38,037 nt of DNA. Origin: an uncultured Rhodopirellula sp. (GTDB lineage: Bacteria > Planctomycetota > Planctomycetia > Pirellulales > Pirellulaceae). Each line of letters begins with the position of its first letter. Position 1 is the first letter of the stretch. The stretch is from NCBI GenBank assembly GCA_964007735.1, contig CAXGAI010000043.1, positions 1-38,037 of the forward strand. The letters run 5' to 3'. A program made the translations under genes and the position numbers. The notes under the pieces are model-generated. The model was not told where the DNA came from and did no database searches. It saw only the letters and a list, made by a program, of their open reading frames with translations. Below are positions 18,596 through 27,805 of the stretch, piece by piece.

Positions 18596-19345
18596 TCAAG
18601 CCAACGGCAAACGAAGGCGTTCTTGCTCAAGCCGCTCCATTAAGAATTCGACTGTTCTTCGAGCCTGCACTCGATAATATCTAAAACCATGGCCCCCAGC
18701 GGTTGTCTCAAAGTCAAACTCGTGAGGTACACCAAGTGAATAAAGCTTCATTTGCAACCGGTCGACACCTTCAAACCAATCGTGGTCAACCGGATCACAA
18801 CAAAAAAACTGATGGCGAGGCCAGTTGAGGGGATGAATATGAAGCAGTGCTGAATCCTGTCGAGCCACTTCCGGATCGTCGTACATCAACGGTAACGTTT
18901 CATCAATTCCCTGCTTCATCCGTAGATGATAATCAATCGCTGGAGATATCGCCGCTACGATGGGGAATACACCTGGATACTTGTAGCTGAATCTTAAAGC
19001 CCCCTGGCCCCCCATGCTGGTGCCAAGTAGGCCGATTCGAGGCGTCGATACTCCCCATCGATTTCCGACGTACGTGAGAATATTATCCCGTACGTACGTT
19101 TCTGCGGATCGTTCCAAGTCAAATTCCGAACAAATTTTATTGGACCACCAACTTCGCTTTGTACGAGGACCAATTACTCTTAAGCCATGTTTCTCGAACT
19201 GCTCGGTAAATTCGGCTTTGTCATTGAGCCATTCACCACTCACTCCATGCAGATAGATCAATGCATATCCATGCTCAGAAGGCTGAGAAGGTTCATAGAT
19301 TTCGCATGGATGGCCGTCCACTTCAATCGTTGACCACATCGACAA
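18596..19345 (-). CDS. Alpha/beta-hydrolase, putative esterase
   Basis: IYLHG, nucleophile elbow GTSMGG, C-terminal GGH. Confidence 0.85.
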   Translation of the reverse strand: MSMWSTIEVDGHPCEIYEPSQPSEHGYALIYLHGVSGEWLNDKAEFTEQFEKHGLRVIGPRTKRSWWSNKICSEFDLERSAETYVRDNILTYVGNRWGVSTPRIGLLGTSMGGQGALRFSYKYPGVFPIVAAISPAIDYHLRMKQGIDETLPLMYDDPEVARQDSALLHIHPLNWPRHQFFCCDPVDHDWFEGVDRLQMKLYSLGVPHEFDFETTAGGHGFRYYRVQARRTVEFLMERLEQERLRLPLA

Positions 19346-19489
19346 ATACTCTTAATGGGAGGTTAATCTTGTTTATCTCAATGAACTTATTGATCACTAG
19401 AGGTGGAAACACTGAAGTTTAATTGATTAGGCACAATGAGTACAATGGCCTGAACACTTTCGTGACCCAAGAGGGCTTCCGCCCAACAA

Positions 19490-20035
19490 ATGACAGGATT
19501 GACCGTGAAAATACTTTTTTCCGAAGAGCAGCTTCAACAGGGCATTGCGAGGATGGCAACGGAAGTTAACCAGCGTTTTGGGCGTGAACCATTGACCGTA
19601 ATTTGTGTAATGACTGGAAGTATTATTCTGGTCGCGGACTTGATCCGGCAATTAGTGATGCCGGTCAAACTCGGTTCTGTACATGCTTGTAGCTATCGCG
19701 GTAGAACTAGTCGGGGTGAACTCAAACTCGACGCATCGATGCTACCGGACCTCCAGGGTGCCAACGTACTAATCGTCGATGACATTTTTGATACGGGTCA
19801 CACATTAAACGCGGTTCATCAACATATCGATTCCCTAGGAGCTGCCTGTGTTGAAACAGCAGTACTCTTATATAAACACGGGCGAGAAGAGCTGGATTTT
19901 CAGGTTAATTTTGTTGGCTTTGAAATCCCTGACGAATTCGTTGTCGGTTATGGACTCGACTATCAAGGGCTCTATCGAAACTTACCCTATGTTGGCGTGA
20001 TGGAATCACATGATCTGGCTCAGGACGAGCCATAA
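19490..20035 (+). CDS. hpt: Hypoxanthine phosphoribosyltransferase
   Basis: PRPP motif VLIVDDIFDTGHTL, GFEIPDEFVVGYGLDY..LYRNLPY. Confidence 0.95.
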   Translation: MTGLTVKILFSEEQLQQGIARMATEVNQRFGREPLTVICVMTGSIILVADLIRQLVMPVKLGSVHACSYRGRTSRGELKLDASMLPDLQGANVLIVDDIFDTGHTLNAVHQHIDSLGAACVETAVLLYKHGREELDFQVNFVGFEIPDEFVVGYGLDYQGLYRNLPYVGVMESHDLAQDEP

Positions 20036-20059
20036 AATATCTCACGAGCAGGAATAGTC

Positions 20060-21232
20060 ATGTCGGAAATGAGAATTGCAATGATCACGCGGCGCTTTTG
20101 GCCTCTTGTAGGTGGTGCAGAAGTGGTCATGGCTAATCTTGCAACAGAATTCCAACGACTCGGAGTCAAACCAATTCTGTTGACCGCACAGTGGGACCCA
20201 ACCTGGCCCAAGCATTTTATGCACCGTGATGTCGAGGTACAGCGACTACCCAATCCTGACCGGCGGGGATGGGGCACGCTTATCTATATGGATGCTCTGT
20301 CGCAGTGGTTACGAAAGAACCGTGATACTTACGATATCGCATTTGTTTCCATGTTAAAACACTCAGCTTATTCGGCGGTTACGGTGTGTCGAAAACAACG
20401 TCAAAGTGTCGTACTACGAGTCGAGGGGGGAGGAGATACTGGGGACTGCAATTGGCATCATATAGCACGCTTTGGAAGCCGGATTCGTCGCCGATGCAAA
20501 GTAGCAGATGCTGTAATTGCTCCGAGTCAAGCAACTCATGATGAATTGATCGATGCTCAATTTCCATTAAACCGAATTCACCACATCCCGAACGGCGTAG
20601 CCTTGGGAAAGCAGCTGCGAACGACCGAAGCAATCGTGTTCGCGCGTCAAACATTAGCCCAGAACAATCGCGACTTTACATCTCATCCTGATCATAAAGT
20701 AAGTGTCTATACCGGCCGGCTTACTAGGAACAAAGGACTTTTTGAACTGCTCGATGCCTGGAAATTCGTGGTCAACCAAAACCCTCACAGCCAACTCTGG
20801 CTTATTGGGGAAGGCCCTGATCGCGAAGCACTTTATGAACGGATCCGTGAACTGGAATTAATCGGGCATGTACTAATGCCCGGAGCATTCGATGATGTTG
20901 CTGATCTGCTACAGGCCGCTAATTCGTTTATTCTGCCTTCACATATGGAAGGTCTTTCCCTATCGCTACTCGAAGCTATGGCAAGCAATGTCCATGTGAT
21001 TGCTAGCGACATTACCGCAAACCGCCAATTGATCGATAACGGCGTACATGGCCGACTAGTCCCTGTCAAGCAAGTGGCTCCTCTTGCCGAAGCAATCCTG
21101 ACAGCGCATGCTTCAGATAATTCTGAGATGGTTGCAGCCGCTTACCAACGAGTCCGTCGGACGTTCTCACTTGAATCGATGGCACGTAAGCATTTACAAG
21201 TTTTTGAGGACACACTACGCCGCGGTAAATAA
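20060..21232 (+). CDS. Glycosyltransferase family 4
   Basis: GGAE, HIPNGV, GRL..NKG, LIGEGP, PSHMEGLSLSLLEAMA (E-x7-E). Confidence 0.93.
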   Translation: MSEMRIAMITRRFWPLVGGAEVVMANLATEFQRLGVKPILLTAQWDPTWPKHFMHRDVEVQRLPNPDRRGWGTLIYMDALSQWLRKNRDTYDIAFVSMLKHSAYSAVTVCRKQRQSVVLRVEGGGDTGDCNWHHIARFGSRIRRRCKVADAVIAPSQATHDELIDAQFPLNRIHHIPNGVALGKQLRTTEAIVFARQTLAQNNRDFTSHPDHKVSVYTGRLTRNKGLFELLDAWKFVVNQNPHSQLWLIGEGPDREALYERIRELELIGHVLMPGAFDDVADLLQAANSFILPSHMEGLSLSLLEAMASNVHVIASDITANRQLIDNGVHGRLVPVKQVAPLAEAILTAHASDNSEMVAAAYQRVRRTFSLESMARKHLQVFEDTLRRGK

Positions 21233-22281
21233 TGTCTGACACCCTACATATACTGCCGTCCACCAATGACTTTGAAGCGTTAGCGCAGATCCGCATCCTC
21301 GCTCGCCGCTCTTTGACAAAACATACTTGTGTGTGTCTCCACGATCCAACAGCTAACCATGTACAATTACAGCAGTGGATGGGGGCTAATGTCATCCTCC
21401 ATACACCGACCTCTCGCTCTTTCTGGATGCAGGCTTCTCAACTATATCGTATCGGAAAGACACTTCGTATTTCACCTCCTCAGAATCTTTGTTGGAATCC
21501 AGGACGATTCTCAATCTCTGCCCTCCCGCTCCTCACACAATTAGAATCCTGGGGCAGCATCATCACAACGCCATCGAAACGTGAACTAACCTTTCCTTGT
21601 TTCGCTGGCAACTACGCACTTAAAAAGAGCAAGCATCTTTATGTATCTTCCGAATATTTAAAATCGGAGCATTTTCCGAACAGTGAAGTGCTCCCTCCTC
21701 TTGTTGAAGATGTTTTCTTGGGACAACCCCATCTCGACCTAAAGAAAGAATATGGTCTCCCTGAGTCCGCCACCCTCGTGGTAGGTGCCGGAAGATTTGA
21801 TTCTTTCTCCCGATTTAAAGAAGCCATTTGGATCATGGGTATTCTTGAACACTTACACCCGGATATCCACCTCGTACTTTTAGGCACTGGCGAACAGGCT
21901 AAAATCTTGAAGAACTATCGAGATCAAATGGTATTGCGACCGCGAATTCATTTTCTTGATCCTTGGTGCGAACCTACTTCTCTAATACATCAGGCTGACT
22001 GCCTGCTTGTCACGGCCGACCACTCCGGACAGGACTGGGGTTGCCAACAAGCCGTTCACTTAAACATACCTGTGGTAGCCAGTCGTAGTGATGGAAATCT
22101 GGAATGTATCACCCATAATGAGAATGGGTTTATAGGAGGACCAGCAGCTGGTGGTCTCGCCAAGTACATTCATCAATTGATTACCGAAACCAATCTATTT
22201 CCGGTTAGGAATTCGGGGGTAAGTCACACCAACAAACAAAATTGGGATGCTTGGAATAGGTTACTTACTTCGTCTATCTGA
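21232..22281 (+). CDS. GT-B fold glycosyltransferase-like protein, degenerate donor-binding motif
   Basis: VVGAGRF, LVLLGTG, IPVVAS, ECITHNENGF; E-x7-E replaced by SGQDWGCQQA; TAATG overlap with previous gene. Confidence 0.75.
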   Translation: MSDTLHILPSTNDFEALAQIRILARRSLTKHTCVCLHDPTANHVQLQQWMGANVILHTPTSRSFWMQASQLYRIGKTLRISPPQNLCWNPGRFSISALPLLTQLESWGSIITTPSKRELTFPCFAGNYALKKSKHLYVSSEYLKSEHFPNSEVLPPLVEDVFLGQPHLDLKKEYGLPESATLVVGAGRFDSFSRFKEAIWIMGILEHLHPDIHLVLLGTGEQAKILKNYRDQMVLRPRIHFLDPWCEPTSLIHQADCLLVTADHSGQDWGCQQAVHLNIPVVASRSDGNLECITHNENGFIGGPAAGGLAKYIHQLITETNLFPVRNSGVSHTNKQNWDAWNRLLTSSI

Positions 22282-22377
22282 TTCAACCAATAAAAATACC
22301 GCCTTAGCATGAACCAACCAGTAGATAGCGGCGATATAGATAGTAGTAACTTCCTGCGATTTAATCATTAAAAAAAC

Positions 22378-24282
22378 ATGTGTGGCATAACCGGCTCTAT
22401 TTGGACAAACAATTCGCGTCGAATCTCCCGCGAACAGCTCGGGAACATGACCGCTAGTCTGTCTCACCGCGGCCCGGATGATGTAGGCCATTACTACCTT
22501 GAACATGATGCCGCACTCGACAACCCGGGTATCGCTTTTGGCTTTCGTCGTCTCTCCATTATTGATCTTCAAACCGGCCAGCAACCAATCACCAATGAAG
22601 ACGAATCTGTCTGGCTGATCTTCAATGGTGAAATCTACAACTATCAGCAATTAAAATCTGAATTACTGGCCGAGGGTCATCAATTTCGTACAAATAGTGA
22701 TTCGGAGGTGATTGTACATCTCTATGAGAAGTACGGTACGCAGATGTTCCGGTATCTCAACGGCATGTTCGCTTTAGCTATTTGGGATAACCGAAAAAAG
22801 CAACTGCTACTGGGACGCGACCGACTCGGACAAAAACCGTTATATTACTGTCAGCAATCAGACCGCTTGTTATTTGCCAGTGAACTAAAGAGCCTAATTG
22901 CAAGTAACGAAGTTGAACAGACTATCAACCCGCGGGCACTCGACCATTATTTCATCTACCAATATGTGCCCCATCCACTTTGTATCTATCAGGGCGTAAA
23001 GAAACTCCCTCCAGGCCACTATGGTATTTTCGAGCAGGGTGAGCTTAAAGTCGAGAAATATTGGCAGCCAGATTTCAATAAAACAACATCATTAAGTCCC
23101 ATTGAAATTCAAAGCAAGATTGACGAATTGCTTAATGATAGCGTGAAGCTACGATTGCAAAGTGATGTACCATTAGGGGCATTTCTTTCCGGAGGTGTGG
23201 ACTCATCTATTTTGGTGGCTTTAATGCAAAAACACGCCAGTCGGCAGGTAAAAACATTTTCAATCGGTTTTCCTGTCAAACAATACGACGAGTCCTCCTA
23301 TGCCCGACAGGTGGCAAAACATCTGAAAACAGAACACCACGAATTGATGGTTGAGCCCAGTGCAGTTGAAGTACTACCATCTTTGGTGCAACACTATGAT
23401 GAACCGTTTTCGGACAGCAGCTGCATTCCGACCTGGTACGTCGCTCAATTCACACGAGAGCATGTAACGGTGGCAGTTTCAGGAGACGGAGGAGACGAAT
23501 TATTTGCTGGTTATCCTCGATACAAAGCTATCGACCTTGGCCATAAAATAGATCGTATTACTCCACTTAAATTCTTACTCACTCTCCCCCAGATCCAGAA
23601 AATTCTACCGTATGGATCGAAATACAAAGGCTTCTTTCGACGTCTCAAGCGATTCCTTAGATCACTCCACTATTCGCCAGCATACCGTTATCTCGACTGG
23701 ATCAATATATTCCCCTACGCCAATCGTTTGCAGTTTTACACTGACGAATTCCAATCCTGTCTGGAAGATCACGACCCGGCTGAATTCATCACTCAGGCAT
23801 GGCAACTTGCTGCGAATCGATCTCCAATTTCAAAAGCATCACTTGGAGACCTCGTTACTTACTTACCCTGTGATTTAAATACGAAAGTGGATATTGCCAG
23901 CATGGCTCACAGTCTGGAATGTAGACAACCATTTTTAGATCATCGTCTAGTCGAGTTTGCAGCTCAAATTCCAGCCGCTCTGAAATTCCACCGCGGGGTG
24001 GGAAAACAAATACTTAAGAAGACATTTCACGAATTGTTGCCGGAAAATATCTGGAATCGACCTAAAATGGGATTCGGAGTCCCTCTCGACAGCTGGTTCC
24101 GTCAGGAGTTACGCGAGCAAACTTATGATAGCCTGCTCTCTGCCAGTGCCAAATGTCATCAGTGGATTAATGCATGGCAGATTGAAATTCTATTAAAAGA
24201 GCATATGACAAGAAAAAGAGACCACAGTTCCCGCCTATGGTCTCTGGTAACGCTCGAAAACTGGCTGCAGCACTGGTGTTAG
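22378..24282 (+). CDS. asnB: Asparagine synthase (glutamine-hydrolysing) family amidotransferase
   Basis: MCGI, HRGPD, RRLSIID, FNGEIYN, RDRLGQKPL, FLSGGVDSS, SGDGGDELFAGY, KMGFGVP. Confidence 0.95.
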   Translation: MCGITGSIWTNNSRRISREQLGNMTASLSHRGPDDVGHYYLEHDAALDNPGIAFGFRRLSIIDLQTGQQPITNEDESVWLIFNGEIYNYQQLKSELLAEGHQFRTNSDSEVIVHLYEKYGTQMFRYLNGMFALAIWDNRKKQLLLGRDRLGQKPLYYCQQSDRLLFASELKSLIASNEVEQTINPRALDHYFIYQYVPHPLCIYQGVKKLPPGHYGIFEQGELKVEKYWQPDFNKTTSLSPIEIQSKIDELLNDSVKLRLQSDVPLGAFLSGGVDSSILVALMQKHASRQVKTFSIGFPVKQYDESSYARQVAKHLKTEHHELMVEPSAVEVLPSLVQHYDEPFSDSSCIPTWYVAQFTREHVTVAVSGDGGDELFAGYPRYKAIDLGHKIDRITPLKFLLTLPQIQKILPYGSKYKGFFRRLKRFLRSLHYSPAYRYLDWINIFPYANRLQFYTDEFQSCLEDHDPAEFITQAWQLAANRSPISKASLGDLVTYLPCDLNTKVDIASMAHSLECRQPFLDHRLVEFAAQIPAALKFHRGVGKQILKKTFHELLPENIWNRPKMGFGVPLDSWFRQELREQTYDSLLSASAKCHQWINAWQIEILLKEHMTRKRDHSSRLWSLVTLENWLQHWC

Positions 24283-25595
24283 TCCTGACTTTGACGAGCC
24301 CTCCAAACAGGACCGTTGGGAAACTCAAATTCATCGAGTGAAGCTGGTTTCATAGTAATACTGTAGCCCGGAGCAGATGGTGGCATATAGGCACCATTTT
24401 GCATTTCAACCGGATGCTCAAAGTGTTCGTGTAGATGATCGACGTATTCAATCAGTCGATTTTCAGTGGTACCACTTACGCAAACATAGTCGAACATAGC
24501 CAGATGCTGTACATATTCACACAAACCAACACCGCCGGCATGTGGACAAACCGGAACACCAAATTTTTTGGCCATCAGAATAATGGAAATAATCTCATTG
24601 ACGCCACCGACTCGAGTACTGTCGATCTGACAAACATCAATCGCATTTGCCTGCAAAAATTGCTTAAAAATAATTCGGTTTTGGCACATTTCACCTGTCG
24701 CTACACCAACTCCCAAAGGCCGTAAAGCTTCTGCAATCGCAGCATGGCCTAATACATCGTCAGGACTTGTTGGCTCTTCAATAAACCAAGGCTTAAACTC
24801 GGCCAGACGAGTCATATTCTCGATCGCTTCATCAACGCCCCAGACCTGATTTGCGTCCATCATCATTTTGCGGTCATAGCCAATCTCTTCACGAATGATC
24901 TTAGCGCGGCGAATGTCATCATTAATATCGCGTCCGACTTTGATTTTATAATGCGACCATCCAGCAGCTACGCCTTCCTGACACAACCGACGCAGCTTTT
25001 CTTCGCTGTAACCTAGCCAGCCTGCTGATGTTGTATAGGACGGAAAGCCATTTGTCAGAAGATCATCGATACGCTCCTGACGTGAATCGTTCATTTCTTC
25101 CAAAATCTGCAATGCTTCTTGAGGGGATAAAGCATCATCGATATAGCGGAAATCAATACAACGTACGATCTCTTCCGGAGTCATGTCTGCCAGTAAACGC
25201 CAAACGGGTTTATCCTCCACCTTGGCCCACAAATCCCAAAGAGCGTTTGTTACAGCTCCGACTGCGAAATGCATCACCCCCTTGTCAGGTCCCATCCACC
25301 TCAATTGACTATCACCGGTTAGGTGGCGCCAAAACTTACCCATATCTGCCGTGATTTCATCCAATGTACGCCCAACTACAAGTCGCTCCATAGCATCCAC
25401 CGCGCCGGAGATCAACTCTGTCCCTCGTCCTAAGGTGAAAGACAAGCCATGTCCGACCAAATCGCTATCCGTGCGCAAAGTGATATACCCACAGGAATAA
25501 TCCGGATCGGGATTCATTGCATCAGAGCCATCAAGATGGTCTGACGTTGGAAAACGAATATCCCGTACTTCAATATCGGTAATCGTGATTGTCAT
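24279..25595 (-). CDS. L-fuconate dehydratase (enolase superfamily, ENOSF1-like)
   Basis: DIRFPTS..LDGSDAMNPDPDYS, YTTSAGWLGY, KIKVG, MDANQ, IEEPTSPDD, PVCPHAGGVGLCE, EYVDHLHEHF. Confidence 0.92.
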   Translation of the reverse strand: MTITITDIEVRDIRFPTSDHLDGSDAMNPDPDYSCGYITLRTDSDLVGHGLSFTLGRGTELISGAVDAMERLVVGRTLDEITADMGKFWRHLTGDSQLRWMGPDKGVMHFAVGAVTNALWDLWAKVEDKPVWRLLADMTPEEIVRCIDFRYIDDALSPQEALQILEEMNDSRQERIDDLLTNGFPSYTTSAGWLGYSEEKLRRLCQEGVAAGWSHYKIKVGRDINDDIRRAKIIREEIGYDRKMMMDANQVWGVDEAIENMTRLAEFKPWFIEEPTSPDDVLGHAAIAEALRPLGVGVATGEMCQNRIIFKQFLQANAIDVCQIDSTRVGGVNEIISIILMAKKFGVPVCPHAGGVGLCEYVQHLAMFDYVCVSGTTENRLIEYVDHLHEHFEHPVEMQNGAYMPPSAPGYSITMKPASLDEFEFPNGPVWRARQSQD

Positions 25596-26353
25596 TACTT
25601 CTCTTTCGTTAGTCCCCAGGCTGCTTCTACCGCGCGAGCACCGCCGGCGTCAAACAATTCAAGCTCAGGTCTGATAAACGGATAATAGTCATTAGTGCCG
25701 AAGTAAGCCTCTGTCGCCTCAGCGAAATATTCCATTTGATTGGTAGTGCTGTAATGCTTTACTTCCTGACCATTCCATCGGAGTACTTTCTGATACTGCC
25801 CTGCTTTCATTGCTGTTTGAAAGGCTTTTAAAACAGCAGGGTTTTCAAAGCCCTTCGGGAGGAATTGGTCATGATACGCATGCGCCATTTCATGTAAGAC
25901 CATGTACGGTTGCGCGATAGTCCAATCTACAAAATTCTTAGCATTCGAAATTTCAACACACTTCGCTTTGTCTGGATTCATCTCGTTATCAACCAGCCAC
26001 TGACGACCAGGATGATAGGCTGCACAGGGATGATGAGGCTCTTCATACTCTAACCAAATCACCACCTTCTGGAGTTTTCTGATCGCTTCGGCAGTCAACA
26101 CTCGCTCTATTTTAAATAGCTGATGATCCATCACATCTACCGCCTGTTTGTACAGATCGGAATGCCCCCGCATCAGCAACTTATTCACACGAATTGTATA
26201 ACCACGCAACTTCACATCGCGATAATTCGCATTTGGTTCGTAATTAACAATCTTCCCGGCACTTGCACTGCTTCGCCTGGACTGCCCATTCTGACTATAG
26301 ACGTCAGAAACTCCGGCGAGCATCAGCAACAGTACCACAATATCGGTTCTCAT
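25595..26353 (-). CDS. Secreted zinc-dependent peptidase-like protein
   Basis: Signal peptide; VLHEMAHAYH with downstream YSTTNQMEYFAEATEAYF, a pattern like MtfA / lethal-factor-type zincins. Confidence 0.75.
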   Translation of the reverse strand: MRTDIVVLLLMLAGVSDVYSQNGQSRRSSASAGKIVNYEPNANYRDVKLRGYTIRVNKLLMRGHSDLYKQAVDVMDHQLFKIERVLTAEAIRKLQKVVIWLEYEEPHHPCAAYHPGRQWLVDNEMNPDKAKCVEISNAKNFVDWTIAQPYMVLHEMAHAYHDQFLPKGFENPAVLKAFQTAMKAGQYQKVLRWNGQEVKHYSTTNQMEYFAEATEAYFGTNDYYPFIRPELELFDAGGARAVEAAWGLTKEK

Positions 26354-26544
26354 AATTGCGCCTAGAGTATTCTGTGTTTCGATTCTCCCTCAGCATACCA
26401 AATATGAAACCGCTTCAAGAGTCCCCACAGATTGTCATTTGCATGACACGCCGCGTGTTCCAAGAATTGCTGGTAGGTCGATAAAATACCGTTGCGATTG
26501 CTCTAAGTAACGCTGAGTATATTCAGCCTATCCACGTTAAAGGC

Positions 26545-27774
26545 TTGTCCATGCCCCCCATTATCTCCGCTACTCCACCACTTTGGATGGATGCTACTGT
26601 TACTAAGTGGCTCGGTCCACGAAGATATTTCTACCACCCCAACTGCATTGAGCCGATTAGGTCCCTTGCCATTGTCTCGTCACGACTGGCACGGCCATTC
26701 TATAAGCAAACCAATTGGTTCGCCAAACTCAAACGAGCACTGGCTTTTTGTCAAGAAAACAATAAGGTCCTGCTCACCTCTGCCAAAACTACCACGAACC
26801 AATTCCTCAGAGCATACACAGAGAAACATCACATACGTCTTGCCACCACCACCATTTGCCATACTCTTAAACAATGGCGAACCAGGATTAACAACCGGAA
26901 AGTTCTTCAGCCACTCGAATGTTGGATAAGTCCTCCTACTGATGGCACGAGCGAAACCTATCACACTTTAAAGCAACTACCACAACGTGATCGGTTACTC
27001 ATTGGAGGAGCTCATGAAGTCTTTGTCATTGATTGCCGGCACAAAAGTAAAACTCAGCAACTACTGAATCTACGCAAACAGGAGATCGGTTTGCTTGAAT
27101 GGTCCGTGGTTTCAAAGACCAGAGACATCCTCAACGACTCCACTAGTCGTCAACACAAAACTAATATCCCCTTCTGGGTGGGACAAGCCGGTACACTCGC
27201 CCATTGGACGCGGGCGATCGACGGGCCATGGCCACAGCAGTCAGAAACAAGTTGGTACAACCAGTTGATTCAAGGGCAAAGGGAGGCAGATCACTCAGCT
27301 TTCGCGACGCTCTGCAATATCATCACCCAACAAAAGATTCTTTCTTCCCATCGAGCGATTCGTGGCGGCTATGAAGTCGTCTGTCTAACTGCAACGCCTC
27401 TGGAAAAATGGAACGATCTAAATATCTACCGCCCACACTTACGTCGTTGGGATTTCTGTCCCTATGGAATTCTATTAAGCCCCTCAGTATCACGTCGTCT
27501 TCCTATCAAAAGAGTTCGCTATGGGAACAAACGCCTATGGAATTCCCTCAGCTCAAAGGAAAAACCGTTCTTCCAGACAATTGACGCTAAAGCAGATTGG
27601 AAAGTAGAACAGGAGTACCGTATCGTCGGTGATTTATCGCTCAGGACCTTAAAGCAACGTGACCTAGTGGTTTTCACTGAAACAGAAGCTGAAGCAAAAG
27701 CCTTACAAACATATTCTTCCTGGCCGGTGGTGCCGTTCGAAAAATTAACCCGGCTTGCTAGAATACAAACATAA
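26545..27774 (+). CDS. Uncharacterised protein; putative SLOG/DprA-like + AbiGi-like two-domain fusion
   Basis: 409-aa ORF filling the gap between flanking genes; start uncertain (TTG 26545 or ATG 26551); motif similarity by eye only. Confidence 0.6.
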   Translation: MSMPPIISATPPLWMDATVTKWLGPRRYFYHPNCIEPIRSLAIVSSRLARPFYKQTNWFAKLKRALAFCQENNKVLLTSAKTTTNQFLRAYTEKHHIRLATTTICHTLKQWRTRINNRKVLQPLECWISPPTDGTSETYHTLKQLPQRDRLLIGGAHEVFVIDCRHKSKTQQLLNLRKQEIGLLEWSVVSKTRDILNDSTSRQHKTNIPFWVGQAGTLAHWTRAIDGPWPQQSETSWYNQLIQGQREADHSAFATLCNIITQQKILSSHRAIRGGYEVVCLTATPLEKWNDLNIYRPHLRRWDFCPYGILLSPSVSRRLPIKRVRYGNKRLWNSLSSKEKPFFQTIDAKADWKVEQEYRIVGDLSLRTLKQRDLVVFTETEAEAKALQTYSSWPVVPFEKLTRLARIQT

Positions 27775-27805
27775 GCAAAGCACGTAGTCTGAGAACTGAA
27801 AACGA

